Assembly (NCBI RefSeq): GCF_036321535.1 | Contig: NC_087436.1 | Coordinates: 31,932,001-31,996,000 of the forward strand | Length of the DNA: 64,000 nucleotides | From: Camelus dromedarius | Lineage: Eukaryota | Direction: 5' to 3' | Shown here: positions 49,167 to 63,739 of the stretch, piece after piece | Layout: each line of letters opens with the position of its first letter | How positions within the stretch are numbered: position 1 is the first letter of the stretch | Notes under the pieces: model-generated | The model's database searches: none | The model's input: the letters and a program-made list of their open reading frames with translations, nothing else | Told to the model about the DNA's origin: nothing | Program-made: the position numbers and the translations under genes

Positions 49167-49994
49167 GTGTCCAATGCAGAGTGCCTGGTATGATGCTGGC
49201 ATGTGACAAGTTCTCAGCAAATGGCAGTTACATAGGGGGTTCCTCATCTGTCCTTACCAGCCCCTCAGTAAGTCACAACCTGTCTAAATCCATTGGTGGT
49301 CACTTGAGAGTCTGTCATCGGGGAGCAGGGGGCATAGTTAGCTTCAGCCCACTCAAGATAGAAGCCTGACCTGAGTTTTGTTAACCGCAGACGCTACCAC
49401 AGGCAATTGACACCAGGGTTCTCCGGCTTTCAATAGCACAGATCCAGTCTCATTATGCATTGAAGTGTTTGTTCCCCTAAAACTCTCACTGCTCCAAAGG
49501 TTTAGAATTTAAAAATAACAACAAATCTCTGTTTAAAGGAATGAACAATACACTTAAAGGTTCTTCTTGTAACAATAGCCTTTTGCATCCTGAAGTGCTA
49601 TAAAAATTCAGAGAGCAACTTCACCCAGTTGTGGAAGATAAAAGAATAGCAACTAAAACAGGCAGTCAGACCAAGGCAGGGGAGCGGCCTGTTGTCTCTG
49701 GGCTGAAAACAGCCTTGAATGCTAAAAGGCTGAAATGTCTTTAAAGAGGGGGGTGTGGACACATATAACAGACTCCTGCAGTCTGTGTCTCTGAGCTTTG
49801 CATCCAGAATGAAGTGGACTGTTGGCATACTCCTCCCAGGGGTGGTGTGACTGTTGGAGCCAAATATCTGTCTCTGGTGGGATCCAAAATTTACACATCA
49901 CAGATGAGATGGAACAAACGTGGAACCTCCTTTTTTTTTTAAGTTTCTCTAACGGACTTTAACTTCCTCATGAATCACCATCCTGTAGGGCAAT

Positions 49995-50220
49995 GATAAT
50001 AGCAACCCTTACCAGTGGTTGCTCTGTGTGCCAGGCACTCTTCCAAGGACTCGAGATATATTAACCATTTAATCCTACACATCCTAGGAGGTTGCGCTGT
50101 TAGGATCCCCATTTAGCAGATGAGCAACCAGTGTCAGAGGTTTATTTGCCCAAGGCCACATAGCTCACAAATGGAGCAGGTCATCCGGCTCCAGAGTTCA
50201 TACTCTTGGTCACTAGGCTA
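49995..50220 (-). mobile_element. MIR SINE
   Basis: 'atccccatttagcagatgagcaacc...ttgcccaaggccacatagct'. Confidence 0.75.
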
Positions 50221-51530
50221 AACTGTGAGAAATAAAATTAAACTTGCCATTAAAATTATCTTCTCTATTCACCTCAGTTTTAAACAGTCTCTTTCAGATA
50301 AAGTCTATCTCTTTAGGGTCAATGCTCAGTCATGTCCTCATGTCTATGGGAAAGGGGCCCCCGTGGCCCGCGGGTGCCTGGGCATCTGGTGGACATCACT
50401 GCCGAGAGTGGGGATGGGAAGTCCTGCAGTCTGCTCTCTGTTGGTCTCTTTACCTGGTCTCTGGTTCTGGCATTGTACGGAAGGCGGCTCTCACACGCTA
50501 TCAGGGAGTGGTCAGGAGTGGCCAGCAGGGCACCTCTTCTGCAGCCTTCTGCCATTGGGGATAGTATGGAGGTATGTCTGCTCCCCACCTCAACCATCCA
50601 CTTCCTCAGCTTTGGCAATGAGTCCCTTCAACCAGCTGAGCAGGCTCTTAGTCTTCTCTTGGCTGACTGGAAACCTAGGAAGCCTTGTAATGTCAACATC
50701 AGCTGCAGTGAAAAGGAAAGGACTGCCTTTGTCCTTTCCTGACTCTCACCAAGCCATTTCCAAACCACCACCAGATGCTGCTCCAGAGGAGCTTATAGTT
50801 TTCCTAGTTTGCATTCAGGGAGGTTGAAATGTATACATTACAACCCGAAGGTGCAAAAAATGTAGCTCTTATTTACCGTTATAAATCTCAACTTTCTATG
50901 GGGCCCCATTCCCACTCAGAAGAGAGAGACAGAAAAAGAGAGAGAATTTTTTTAAACTTAAACCTCAGTCTGTTCTACTTTTAGAAAAATCTCTATGGTA
51001 CTTATCCTCTTTGGGGTAAATATTCAATCAATTCAAAGTTAAATCCCATATCAGTGCTGATTCTTACAAATCCCTCAAAGGGGCTCTTCTCTTCCTCTTA
51101 CTTCCCAAGATGGCCTCTAGGGAATGATGGAAATTGAGAGCGGGAACTCTGGCCTTCCAGCAAGCTGGGTTTTGTTGATCTGGTCTAGTCTCTGAGTGCC
51201 CCCTGCTGGTGTCCACCGGGGTGTGGCTGATCCTGGTTGGTCTTAAGTGGATTATGCTGGAATCCACTGCTGGACTCAGGTTCCTGCCTCATAGCCTCCA
51301 GGTAGGAGGTCTCCACCTTTTGTTACCTCCTTGTCTTGCTCCTAGGCCTCTTCAGATTCACTGTTCTATCAAAACCTCTATGTATCCCTTTCAGGTCCAC
51401 ATGGAACCCTACGTTCACAAGGAACCACTGATTTGGAGGTGGAAGTAATTTGAGTCAGTGGCTGAACCCTCAGTGAGACAGACAGACTCTTCCAATAAAC
51501 ATGGTAGAAGAAGCCTTTGGCTTTTCCTGG

Positions 51531-52375
51531 TGTGATATAGTGATTTATAGAAAATGCATATTTTTTTCTCATATATAGTTCGTCTTCATCTACAGTTCCT
51601 GGCTCACAGATCCACAAACCCTTGGAATTTCCTGAACAATAAGAACAATGGGATATTTGGTCTCCCCTCCTCAGTTCCTGAAAAAGCTTCAGAAAAAGTG
51701 ACTTTCTGATTCCACCCCAGGGTGTAGGGGGCGGAGCTGGTTGCCAGGAGAATCAACTATGTGATTAGAGGGTTGGAACCTTCAGTCCTACCCACTGATT
51801 TCCAGGGAGGGGCTGGAGGTTGAATGGCCAATGGCCATTGGCCAATGATTTATTCCATCATGACCATGTAATGTAGCCTTCATAAAAAACCCAAAGGATA
51901 GCTTTCTGGCCCTTCCTGGGGGAAGCAGACTGATTCTGCCATGCCGTGCCACCATGTCAGGCCCCACACTCCATGAGGACAGAAGCTCCTTTGTTTGGGA
52001 CCTCCTTTATGTATCTCTTCAGCTGGCTGTTGATCATATCCTTTAATATCTTTTTATAATAAATAGGTAATTTGCTGAGTAAACAAGTTTTCCAGAGTTC
52101 TGTGAGCTGTTCTAGCAGATTGATCAAATCTGAGGAGGGTTTTATAGTCAGGGTATAAATCTCTGATTTACAGCCATGAGGTCAGGTAACAATCTAGACA
52201 CGCAACTGGCATCTGAAGTGGAGGATGGTCTTGTGGGACTGAGTCCTATACCTATGGAATCTGATTCTATCTCTAGGTAGATAATGTCAGAATTGAGTTG
52301 AATTCTCAGACACCTGCTGGCGTCTGATAATTGCTTGTTGGTATGGGGAAACCTCCACACATATGTTAGAATTGA
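51531..52375 (+). mobile_element. ERV solo LTR, MER21-like
   Basis: 'tgtgatat...ttcctggctcacagatccacaaacccttggaatttcctga', 'gtgattagagggttggaaccttcagtcc', 'gagttctgtgagctgttctagca', 'gtcagaattgagttgaatt'. Confidence 0.8.
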
Positions 52376-54887
52376 GATCATGAACCCTCTTAACCTGGGG
52401 TAGCTGTGAAAGCAGTTCTGTCACCCAGACTCTAACATCACAGGTGCCTCTAAGGATAATCCCATGGTGTAACTGGGCAGTTCTTCCAGATGTGTTGTTA
52501 TACTTGATGGATTTGTTCTTAGTCATGTAGCCTCCAAGACTGGTTCTATTCAGAAATTTCTATGAACTATCTAATACTCTTTATTTTTTTCTGCCTAGAC
52601 TGACTCCGTGGAGTCTGTTGTCTGCAACTCAGAACCCTGAAAATGCAGTAAAAACAGTGTAATCATGTTTATAGAATTTACATGAATTACTGTAAGACAT
52701 ACTATAAAACTAGAGGACTCTCTGTCTTTGTCAAGGCTGTCTTGGTTTTAAATAAGAGATATTAACTTAAGCCATCTTTTGTCTAAAAGGAAAATTCATT
52801 AGAATGATACTAAGAGCTGTGTAGTGTTCTGGGAAGGGGAAAACCCTCAAGAGACAAGGAAAAATGTCTCTTTTTTTCCTGTCTCTTTTATGCTTCTCCA
52901 TGCACAGTTCCTGAGTTTATATTACTTAAGTTTCAGCCACAAGTACAGACTATTTCTCAGTGCCAATTCCAAATTCTTGAAAGAAAGATCAAGCCTAGAA
53001 GGGGTCAAGATGTCCACCCCAATCCAATCAGTTAAGGCCAGGAGACTACATAGCATAAAAATATGGCTGTGGAGTGGACAGGAGCATAAAAAGCACTCCA
53101 AACTGTTAAATTCTTAGAGGTCCGTGTTTAGAAAACTTACCAGAGCTCAAAATTCTAGGGCTCGCTAATGTCTGAGTGTTAATCAGAGGTCTATAAGATA
53201 AAGCCCAATGTATTTTGAAGCTGCCAAAGCCTTCCTAAGGCTTCCATGATACCTTTCGGAAACCTTTTGATGGGGAATTTTGATAAACCCTTAGAGACCA
53301 GCAGCTTTGGTCTTAATGGCTGTGGTAACCATTATCTTGACTTTCCACGAGCTTTTCCCATTCACACTCCCTTCTCCAATGTTGTTACTATAAAGTCCCT
53401 GTGATGTGCAGCTTGTTTGAGTAAAGTTCAAGCTCAGGGTAAAAACATAGAATGGACTGCTGATTTTCCTTTTTTAGAAATTATATTGAAGATCCCAAAT
53501 ATGCCATGGTGGCTAAACTCTGAATCTTTATACTTTGCAAGAGAATACCAGAATCCTCAAGTCAAACCAGTTTTGCCAACAAAGGTATTCACCAGACAAC
53601 ACAATTAATGATGGAGTTTAGGTCCTCAGGAGGGCTGGAATGAACTGGTTTAAGTGGTATTTAGAGTTCCAAATGAGGCTAAGAATTATGGTCTAGAAAC
53701 ACTAGGGCTCAACCATGTGCTAAGTACCAGAGAACAAGATGGAACATTTCCTCTGTCTCAGAATTCTGGCAAAAGCCCCAAAGCTAGAGACAGTAAGTAC
53801 TAAGTACTTACACAAAATCTGGGCGGGGGGGGGGGGAAGACTTACCAAAACACAGAAAAATCAATCTAACAATTACCACCCTGTTTAAAAACTAGAAATT
53901 TAAAAACAGATTCTTAGAATGGACATGTAGGAATAGACACATTCATAGGAACAGGCAAGGCTGCAATGAGGGGAGATGGCCATGCTTCTCCCTGTCTGAA
54001 AATTTGCAAAGCTTCCCAAACTCAGAGGTCCAACTTCTCCTTCCCCAGTACAGTAGACTTGATACACTGGGAGACCCTACCACAACTAGATCTGGCATGA
54101 AACAAAATTTTAATTACACAGCTAGACTCAAATAAGGGAAAGCACCCAGGGTGGAAAAACAAAGCCAAACTAAAAATAAAACTCTTGATTTGAAAACCAA
54201 AGTAGCAAGCGGGTGTACATATGTGAAAGACAGAATTTCTCTGAAGGCATGTGTTACCAATGATCCAGGAACTGATTGTGGGTTGGAGAGTAGGTTGGAG
54301 TCCAGGATTAAGCAGGGTAAAAGGAGACCCTAGCTGTGAATACACTGCTAAGGGTCACAGTAAGTCAGCCACAGAGGAAAGGGCTCTGGAAGAACACCAA
54401 GGGTACGGGGACAAGACCAAAACAACACTGACAGGTAAGAGACATTTCTTCTGCCCCTAATCCTTCTTCCCTGGCTCTGCATAGAGAAGGAAGAGAGGAC
54501 CAGAGGCAACAACAGAGGAGAGGTGGAAAAAGAAAACAAGTGAAAGAACAGGCCACTGTGGATTAGGCCTGATGGGAGAGCAGGCAGAAGATTTAACCTG
54601 AGTGGACCTTAATACTGTGCCTGAAAATGGCTGGAAAGCTGTGCATGAGGAAGGGAGATCCAAGAGCATGTTTTCAGGCAATGACAGGAGAAGAGTAAAC
54701 TTCATTGAATTCCAGCCATTCAATAAACAAGTTCCTCTCACCCAGACAGCAGGCGGCCTACCCCTGCTTCATAGTTGTCTCAAATGACTGGGCATAAACT
54801 TGGGTTAGATTCCATGAAGAAGCTCTGAAAATTAGCCTGGGACAAGGAACTAAGGAAATCTGGCTGCCAAACAAATTAAAAGCAGAT

Positions 54888-55715
54888 GGCCAACAAGCAC
54901 ATGAAAAGATGCTCAGCATCACTAATTATTAGAGAAATGCAAATCAAAACTACAATGAGACATCACCTCACACCAGTCAGAATGACCATCATTAAAAAAG
55001 TCCACAAATGATAAATGCTGGAGAAAAAGGAACCCTCCTACACTGTTGGTGGGAATGTAAATGGATGCAGCCACTGTGGAGGACAGTATGGAGATTCCTC
55101 AAAAAACTAAAAATAGACGTACCATATGATCCAGCAATTCCACTCCTGGGCATATATCCAGAGGAGAATATAACTCAGAAAGACATATGCACCCCAGTGT
55201 TCACAGCAGCACTATTTACAACAGCCAAGACATGGGAACAACCCATCTGTCCATCAACAGATGACTGGATAAAGAAGATGCGGTGTATATATATATGCAA
55301 TGGAATAATACTCAGCCATTAAAAAGAATAAAATGCCTTTTGCAGCAACATGGATGGACCTGGAGATAGTCATTCTAAGTGAAGCAAGTCAGAAAGAAAA
55401 AGAAAAATAGCATATGACGTCACTTATATGTGGAATCTTAAAAAAAAGGACACAAATGAACTTATCTACAAAACAGAAACAGACTCACAGACATGGAAAA
55501 CAAACTTATAGTTACCAGGGGTAAAAGGAGTGGGAAGAGGTTAATAGGGAATTCAAAATTTGCACCTCTTGGGGAGTGATAGAATTGTTAACTGTCTTGA
55601 TTGTGGTGGTGGTTTCAATAGTGTATACATCCATCAAAATTCATCAAATTGTACATCAGAAATATGTGTAGTTTACTGCACAGGAATCATAAAACTTTGT
55701 TTAAAAAAAAAAAAA
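54888..55715 (+). mobile_element. 5'-truncated L1 (ORF2 end and 3' UTR) with a non-matching terminal 150 bp
   Basis: [47 protein letters not shown] is the L1 ORF2p C-terminus; poly(A) near 55704-55716; possible TSD AAAAGCA(G/A)AT on both sides. Confidence 0.92.
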
Positions 55716-58700
55716 AGCAAATCTCATGGTTCATGTTAACACAGACTTATAGATACCACAGCCCAAATCATACCCCCAGGAAACATTCTTTAAGAGCCAT
55801 CTGATGTAACCTAGTTAGTGCAAAAGATGCTTCCCCAAGATCTTTACCATGAAGAAGGGGGTTCTGCTACATTGCCTCTGTTTCTGGGGGATTTCTGATG
55901 TTATTGAGAAAATGATGCATATTTGAACCTCAATCATTTGGATGCACTGGGAGAAAGGTCAAAAGGTAGTGAGGGTCTCAACAGAACAATGAAATGTGAA
56001 GGCTAGTTATAGAATTAGAGCAGAAGATCATTTATTTTGTTACTTTTGTATAATCACAATATCAAACAATTCCAGCTCAACTTTAAAGGAAGGATAAAAA
56101 TTTAGATTAATGTGAATGAAAACAAGTCAACAGGCCTCAGAATGTTGCACAGTAAAATGAAAAAACACTGTATTTTCTTTGTTGAATTAGATGCTGAACC
56201 TGGAAGATAAAGCCATTTTAATAAAATCCTTTATTTTCTGAACTATGGATTTTGGACAAATTCACAAGTATTTATCACTTTGAAAAATGCTTATTTTGAA
56301 GTTATTATTCTGTAAGAACTATTTGTTCACATCTAGATTATCACAACTTCTAAATTCTGAAGCTTTAAACAAATAATAATGAACTGCATTTTCTCAGCCA
56401 TCAGAAGCAAGAGACCAGTGAGCTCTGGCTAAAGGAAAGGGGTGATTTTACCCTGAAACTTTCATTAGAAGCAGACTAACTTTTGGTGGGATTCTGCACT
56501 TTTGACAAAAGATTGAATGCAACAGCAATTTCATCAGCCCTCCATGGAGACCTGACATTTATAGAAAGCCTGGCAGTGTTCAAAGGGCTTCACCAGAGGT
56601 GCAGCAGTTACAGCCTTAAATCAACGGAGGGGGCCTGGCTCCTAGACCATCACAGACAGGTTTGTGGCCTCCAGAAGCCAGCCAATCTCTCCAAGTTTCA
56701 ATCTCCTCATTTAAAAATTAGGGCATTTTATGATCCATCTCAATGTCCCTTCCAAGCCTAGTAAGACTCAGGAGTCTTGACCTCTTAGCAACCAACTATT
56801 ACAGTGCAGCCACTCTGGTGAATGAGCAGAGAGAGGCTGGTGAAGCTCGCCAAGCTAAAGGAAATGGTTATGGACTGAGAGCACAGTGAAAACTGACATG
56901 CAAGTAGTTCAGACAAAACAAAAAGGAAACCACCTTTTTGAATACTCTTTGTGATATGTATGCAATTTACTTCCTAAAAAGACAGAGCATTTTCATGGCT
57001 GGTGTGAGTCCAAACCTGACAGAGATGCATGAACTGCATCTGGCTATTTTAAAGTGCTAAGAAGTTAGTGACAAGTGCTCTTCCGTTTCTTTTTTAAATT
57101 ATTAGACTTTGGGGGTGAGGAGAAAATGTACGGGGAACCTGAGTAATCCTTTCAAGGGCTTCTCCTTACTTTGGCACTCGGAGAGCTCTCAAGAGGAAAG
57201 AAGAGATTTTTTTCAACTATGTAGTCTTCCAGGAACAGGAAATTCATAGCAAAACATTTCCCTTTGTTTTGAGGTAGTCACAGCACCACAAAACCCAAGG
57301 GCCCATACTGAGAAAGTCATCTATAGATCTTTGTATGTGAGCCAGCATTCCTTGCCATATTGTTTATTTAAAACATACACATACACCTAAATTCACATAC
57401 ATGTAGGAAATTTAAATGCAAATTTCTTTTCCAATACCTATCACATGCATGCTAAAAACAAGTTTATATAATAAAACTAGTCAAAAATATGCAGTCTAAA
57501 AATTCTGATCTTATTCAAATTAACCCTAATAATGTAGTACATTTATTGTCAGCTAGGGTCCTGTGACACTTAGGTATGTCAGAGAAAGCTTCATAAGTGT
57601 ACTAATAAATTTTAAACAATGTGGAAAATATTTGAAGTATGAAGCCTATGATGTCCATTGGATGGACCATACAGCCTAATGGACAGAAGCAACATGATGT
57701 AGAACAAATGGACAACCTCCTAGGCGGGGGACATAAGGCAGTGGTAACATTAAACCAAAACAAACAAACAAAAAAAATTTACTGGAATAAGGGAGAACTT
57801 TGCCCTTAGAAGCCTAAAGAGAATAAGTCAGATCCACACATGGTTCTATTCAGTAGAAGCAAAGTGATAAAACGCAGTAAGAGCTGTAATATCATAGAAG
57901 TTATTGTTTTATAATGACTGTTGACTTGCTAATTTTCCATTTCTTCAAGTGTACTGAAAAAGATCTTAATACTCAAAAGGGTGAGAATCACTGTTACCAG
58001 AAAGCATTTGGGGGTTGGTCCTGACTTTCCTATATTGCTCAAACATCAATACCCCTTATTCTCCTGGATGTCTCATAGGGCTGTTGAGTCAATCCAGGTT
58101 CATTCTGATCTTGTGAAGGCCATAGAATAAAGCCCTCACAAGCTGGACATTCCCAATATCTATCATCCAAGGGAAAAAAGGTCCCTGGCTAGAAAAAGAG
58201 ATCCTGAGATAGGTGGGAAGGGAACAGTCGTTCTTTCTCTGGGACTTGGCATGAGGCCACCGCCAGGTGGTAGAGATTGAAGATTTCCTCCAAAGGAGGC
58301 AGAAACAAGGCGGAGAGATGAATCTTGCAAACCAGATCATCTGTTTTTATGTGACTCTTAGTATTTATTCCCCTTTTGTAAACCCAAAGTTTTTGGTACC
58401 TAAAAATTGTTGTTTAAAAGTTGTAGTTTGGTCACAGCCACACTATGGGCTTTGGAGAATTAAGGAGACATTTGGGTCCACCCTTGACCTGAGCATTATT
58501 GGAGGAGAAATGACCTAATTAATTAATGTGGGGGGGACTAATGTGGTGACAACAGCATAATAAGTAAAAAAATCCCCAAGGAGAAGGGGAGTCCTGGGAA
58601 CAAATGTTTGCCATAACTCCTGGCTGTCCCTCCCGAGGTGCAGATTCTTCCTTCACTGCTAAGCCTTGATGAATCAGGCTTTGATTTACCAAGGGGTCTT

Positions 58701-61700
58701 GCAGGTTCCTTAACACACATATAATAAAAGAGCAGGGAAGGCTGGCTGGTAAGTTTGGCACTATAGGAAAGTCAGGTTCAGACTTAAAATGTTATCACAA
58801 CAATGACTGACAAACCCCCAGTATGAAATTCTGACACAGTTCAACTGCTGAAGGAACATCAACCAATTCACACTGTACTTTGGAAATTATTTTTAATCTT
58901 GAATTTAGTGTGTGCATCGGGAAGTGAAATTTATCAATCTTTTTTAGCTTTTAAATTAAGGAAGATTTTGAATAGGGACAAATCTCAGGATTTCCTAATT
59001 CAAGAGTATTACATGTCTCAGCTTAAATTCTTCCATTAAGTGTCTGTAGTGTTGATTGTGTAAAAAGCTGGCTATGATTCCTAAAATCAAGCTGGAGTTC
59101 AAGCCTGGTAGGATTTTTGTTTATGGGGACAGAAAGGAAGCCAAAGTGAAATAGAGAAATGAGATGAGAATCCAGATTAAAACCTCACTTTCCTAAAAAC
59201 AACAAGGGTGTCCCCAAAACCACCACAACATTTTGACTATCAGCACCATGGCACTGAAGCCCTTAGAAATATAGGCCAGGCTGGAACTGCAACTTTTCAG
59301 AAAACCACAGACTCACACATGGATCTATAAACTCTTCTGTCTTTAACAAACATAAAACAACAATCCTCCCAACAGCAGACGACAGTATCACGATCTCTTA
59401 GTCCTAGCCATTCTCCTTGATGACCATGATGTTTTCTGACTAAGGATAATCTCCATGTAGGGAATAAATTGATAATAAAAATAGACAAAATGAATTTCTG
59501 CATATTAGCTTTGACATTATGACTGATATTTACTCTAAAATAAGAGGTGTAACTTTCCCTCCTCTCCCCCACCCCAGAATACCCCCGAAATATTAAAAAA
59601 AAAATACTATTTAAAAGACCAAAAACTTTTTCAAAATCATAAAGAAATAACGTAATGTATAACTTACAACTACCAATACTCAAAATGAGCCACAAAATCA
59701 AAAACAATGCTAGGTCCATTAACACCATATCCCTCTATGCCAAGTGTATGACACTGTCACTTGCATGTTGAGATTATTTTTCCTGTTAATAATAATGAAT
59801 TTGCATTGGCCCATCAACATACTTTTTAGGGCCCTTGATGAGCCACAATGACATTTTAAAGGTGGTTGCTAGGGCAGGACAGGAGATGGATGACCTTAGC
59901 CAGATAGAATGGGGATTAAATCTGTGGCCATGGCTCCATCAGCATGAAGCTCCAGCAGCCGAGCTCAGCCAGAGCCCTCACCTGTGCTAACAGATGTGGT
60001 GAGCAGGGGTGGAGCCAGCCAGCCAGCCATATCCTGTGCCTGTCAACTCTCTCTTTCAGGCTGCATCAGAGCACTTGGCATCATTCTTACCTTCACTGGT
60101 GTTCAAACATTATTTGTTAGCAGATGATGTTATTTTTCTTTCTTTCTTGATGCATAAATGGCATATCCATTGATGGGGTGGGTGAATGGGCTAGTAAACA
60201 GAAATGTAAGGACTAAAAATCATTTGTTGTTACAGCTGGAAGGAATTGAGTCCAACATCAATACTCTGCAGATGAGAAAACTACAGTGTGGAGAGGTTAA
60301 GTCCCTTGCCCAAGGTCGTGGAGTTATTAAGTGTTGGAGCCGGGACTAGAATTACATCTTCCGTCCCTGAACTGGTCTCCACAGTGAAGGCTTCTGGACT
60401 TCACCCCAGTATGAGGGAAAAGAGTTGTGAGGGTAGGAAGAAAGAAGCTTTGATCTCCCAAATGGCTCAAAATTTCTTTTAAAAACTGAATTTTGTTGGC
60501 ATGGCTGGGAGCACTGCCTTGACAAGTCTCTTTTGTCTGACCTCCCCCACACAAGCCTAACTGTGGCCAAGGGGGCTCAGCACTCTGGCTGCCTCAAGGG
60601 TCTAGGCAGGCACAGGCAAGTTCCTTTGAGGCTTGGGCTCCTGGCAACTGCATGGACATCCAGGGCCGCGAGGCTCCGGAGCCCCATCACTGTCTCAGAG
60701 GCTTCCCCTTCATGCTGGGCAGTGGATCTCAGGCAGTGATTTACCAACTGCTAGAGATACCAGTATGTAACAGCCAAACAACTGTACCAGCACATACAGC
60801 AGTCCTGAAATCAGCCCTACATGTGCCCACCTCAGATGAAATACTCTTAACGAGATGCTCAGCTTGTAAGTTTCCCAAGAAGTAAACTCAATCCAATATG
60901 TTGCTGCATGGAATGTTACTCAAAGTATGGGAAGTGCCCAAAGGACTTGAGGCGCAGGAAAAATCATGGTGAGTAGGCCCCCAATCCACCCCAACCTCTC
61001 ACTTAGAGTACTTCTGCCACCACGCCACAGTCCCTTACACACACACACAAAGCAAACATCGTAAGCAGTTTTCAAAAGGAAGCCGCCAAAGGGCATGAGC
61101 CTAGGGCTGTATATGTTTATGAGCAGCTTGCATAGGAGTCTCCTTGTCCTCCTCCCCTCAGTTCCTCCCTCACCCTCCAAATAGGTTTGGGCTCTGGGAA
61201 TGGCTGTGTGCATCAGATCATCTTTTCATCTAGTCAATACCAAGCAATGAAGTCAAAGGACACTGTCTGGTAAAATATGCTTTGGCCTAAATTTGCTAGA
61301 AGAGCTCTTTGGACTTGCCCAGAACTCACTCAATTACTGAACATTCTCTCATTTAGTTTTTGTGTTTGCTGGACAGAACCCAAGAGGAAGATATTATCAT
61401 AGTGGGGTACAACAAGGCCACTGTGGTCTGAGTGACGGGCAGTAACATCTAGCTTGAGAAAAGTACCTGTTTTTCAGGGTGGCTTGAGCAGCATTAGGCA
61501 AGAATCTTGCAAGCCATCTTTTACAAGGAGGCCAGCAAGATCACAGAAGGCAATACCCAGCTTGCTCAGAGACAAGCTGTTTCCTAATCAAGTTTCCTTA
61601 TACTCAGAACTACGGAAACGTTTTCAAAGGTATTATTCTCGGCAGGTTTCCAGTAATTCAACATTTCCAGACTTATCCAAATGGCTTCTGAAATATTTGC

Positions 61701-61899
61701 TGTTTGTTGAGAGCAGCTTTCAGGATGAGGTAATTAAAAGAAATCTATCAATTTGAGATTTTTTTTTCCACGAGTAAATAATGTTGACATACTCTTCAAA
61801 TAAACCCACAATTTACTGCAATCTGTTTTTAGACAAACCCTCCACTTTAACCTCCAAATGGGAAAAACGAAGAGACTTTCCTCTTCTCATTTAATCAAG

Positions 61900-62600
61900 A
61901 ACATATGTTCAAAGATAATACCGGAGGCTTATTCTGGGAAGCGTTCTGCTCTTCCTCTGACAGCGACGCAGTGAGCTCACGAGGCAGCCTCGACACATAA
62001 TGAAAGCTCACGCCACCATAAATCTCCCGCCCCACGGAGGTCACTTCAGAAAAATCGCCTGCTGCTCAAATGAGCACCGGCTATGCTGAGGCGCACGGGA
62101 GGGGGACAAACGCCAACTGGGATCAACACCAGCAGGGCTGCACCAAACTGTGGCACCCAGGCAGATGCAAGAAAAAGGAGCCAGGGACCAGGCAGGTGTG
62201 TGTGTGTATGCATGTTTACACACGACCTCACCAGCTCAGTTTGTTCTTTCTGAGCAAGAACGAGCAAGTTCACTAGAGACTCGCTGCTTTCCCCCTCAGG
62301 AGGAGAGCTTGGGAGGCACCAATTTTCATTAAACCTAAAAGTACACACAGTGGCAGGAGGCCAAAACAGTCCTCAAAAGTGAGGCTTTTAAAAACATCTG
62401 TTAGGGGTTTTGAGATCCTAAGGAGGGAGAAAGAGAGAGAGGGAAAGAGAGGGAGGGGAGGAGGTGGGGGGAGGGAGAGAAGAGGGATAAGGGGTGGGGG
62501 GCGGCTAAGAGTCCAGTGCTTTTCATTTCCAGACTGTGAGTCATAAAAAAGAGTGCGTAAATCTGGATGGCCAAAATACGCTGACCCGAGTCTGGGTTTA
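61900..62600. promoter_or_regulatory. Candidate enhancer or promoter-like element
   Basis: Repeat-free stretch with locally retained CpGs, GC-box-like ccgccc, AP-1 TGAGTCA at 62537-62543 overlapping a HOX/CDX-type GTCATAAA, and a purine/G-run tract at 62420-62505; function not shown. Confidence 0.35.
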
Positions 62601-63739
62601 CTAACACCTGAAGTACATTTCATGGGAATTAGGTTTAAATATCAACCTGATCATGAAGCTTGAAAGGGTTTTCTCCCATCTCAGGATGCCAGGAGTCCTC
62701 TGGAACCTGGAATGGAGTTTTCTGACAGCAAAGGTTTACTGTAGCATAAAAGAAATTATGGAGATTTCCCCGCTAGGCATAAGGATGTGATCACTATAGG
62801 CACCTGTGGGCCCAAGAAGGTTAACCACCAAGATCCCTTTAAACACCAAATTATGGACTATTAGGCCACTGCTTCAAGGCTTCCACAAATGTGAAACCTT
62901 GACAAATTCCCAAATAAAAGCCGTAAAACCAATCATTTTTTAAACCCGCATGAGTGACACCAGAAAAATTAGAGCAGTGTGACAGGTCACTGTGAAATAA
63001 AGCTGCCATAAAGAAGCTTATGATGCTGTCATGGAAAAGGCAATTAGAAGGTTACTTTCTCTCAGGTCTCAGATTGGTTCTTGTTCTTCCTCCAGCCCCC
63101 TGCCTGCCACCTCCCTGCTGCAAAATGGATCAGTCTATAATAAGTAGTAGTTATATATCCTAAGGAAGCAATTCCTTTTAGTTGTTCCACTATAAAAAAG
63201 CATCCAGATTTAGAACTTGACAGAAACCAGTATCACCTGCCCCCGAGAGCCGGCAGAAAGTGTGTGTGTGTCATTCAGCCAGCATGAAGTCTGGGTGTTT
63301 TAAAAGCTTTAATTTGAAGGGGGTAAAAAACCTGGGCATTAAGCAATTTGGCTGTGGATATTTAATGCATCGGCCACGCTACAGAACTGGAACTCCCTAT
63401 TTAAAACGAGAAATTGAAAACTTACATGCTCTGCAGGCAAGGTGTAAGTAAATGTAGGATGGTAAGCAGAAATCAGCTGAGAACCTGCAGAAACTCCATT
63501 AGAAGGACTAATGACATGCTCAAAAGTGGCCTTCAATAAATGCTACGGTATCATTTGCAGGTGTGTAAAACAGGTCTGGCTTTTAATTAGCCAGAGCCAT
63601 GCCTCCCAGCGTTTAGGTAAAGGCACCTGGGAAGCAATGGCCCAGAGAAGCTGAGATTTGCCCCAAGACACGTAACTCCTCAGTGGCCACACCAAGATTG
63701 GAACTCAGTCCCCTCTAATTTCCACTCTAACACACTTAT

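Noticed and set aside
50225..50827. 200-aa ORF with overlapping ORFs on both strands
   Set aside because: Non-ATG start, no motif I recognise; a locally GC-richer stretch explains the lack of stops
53690..54790. Possible ancient L1/HAL1 5' region
   Set aside because: Only a vague compositional resemblance; I could not assign a family or boundaries
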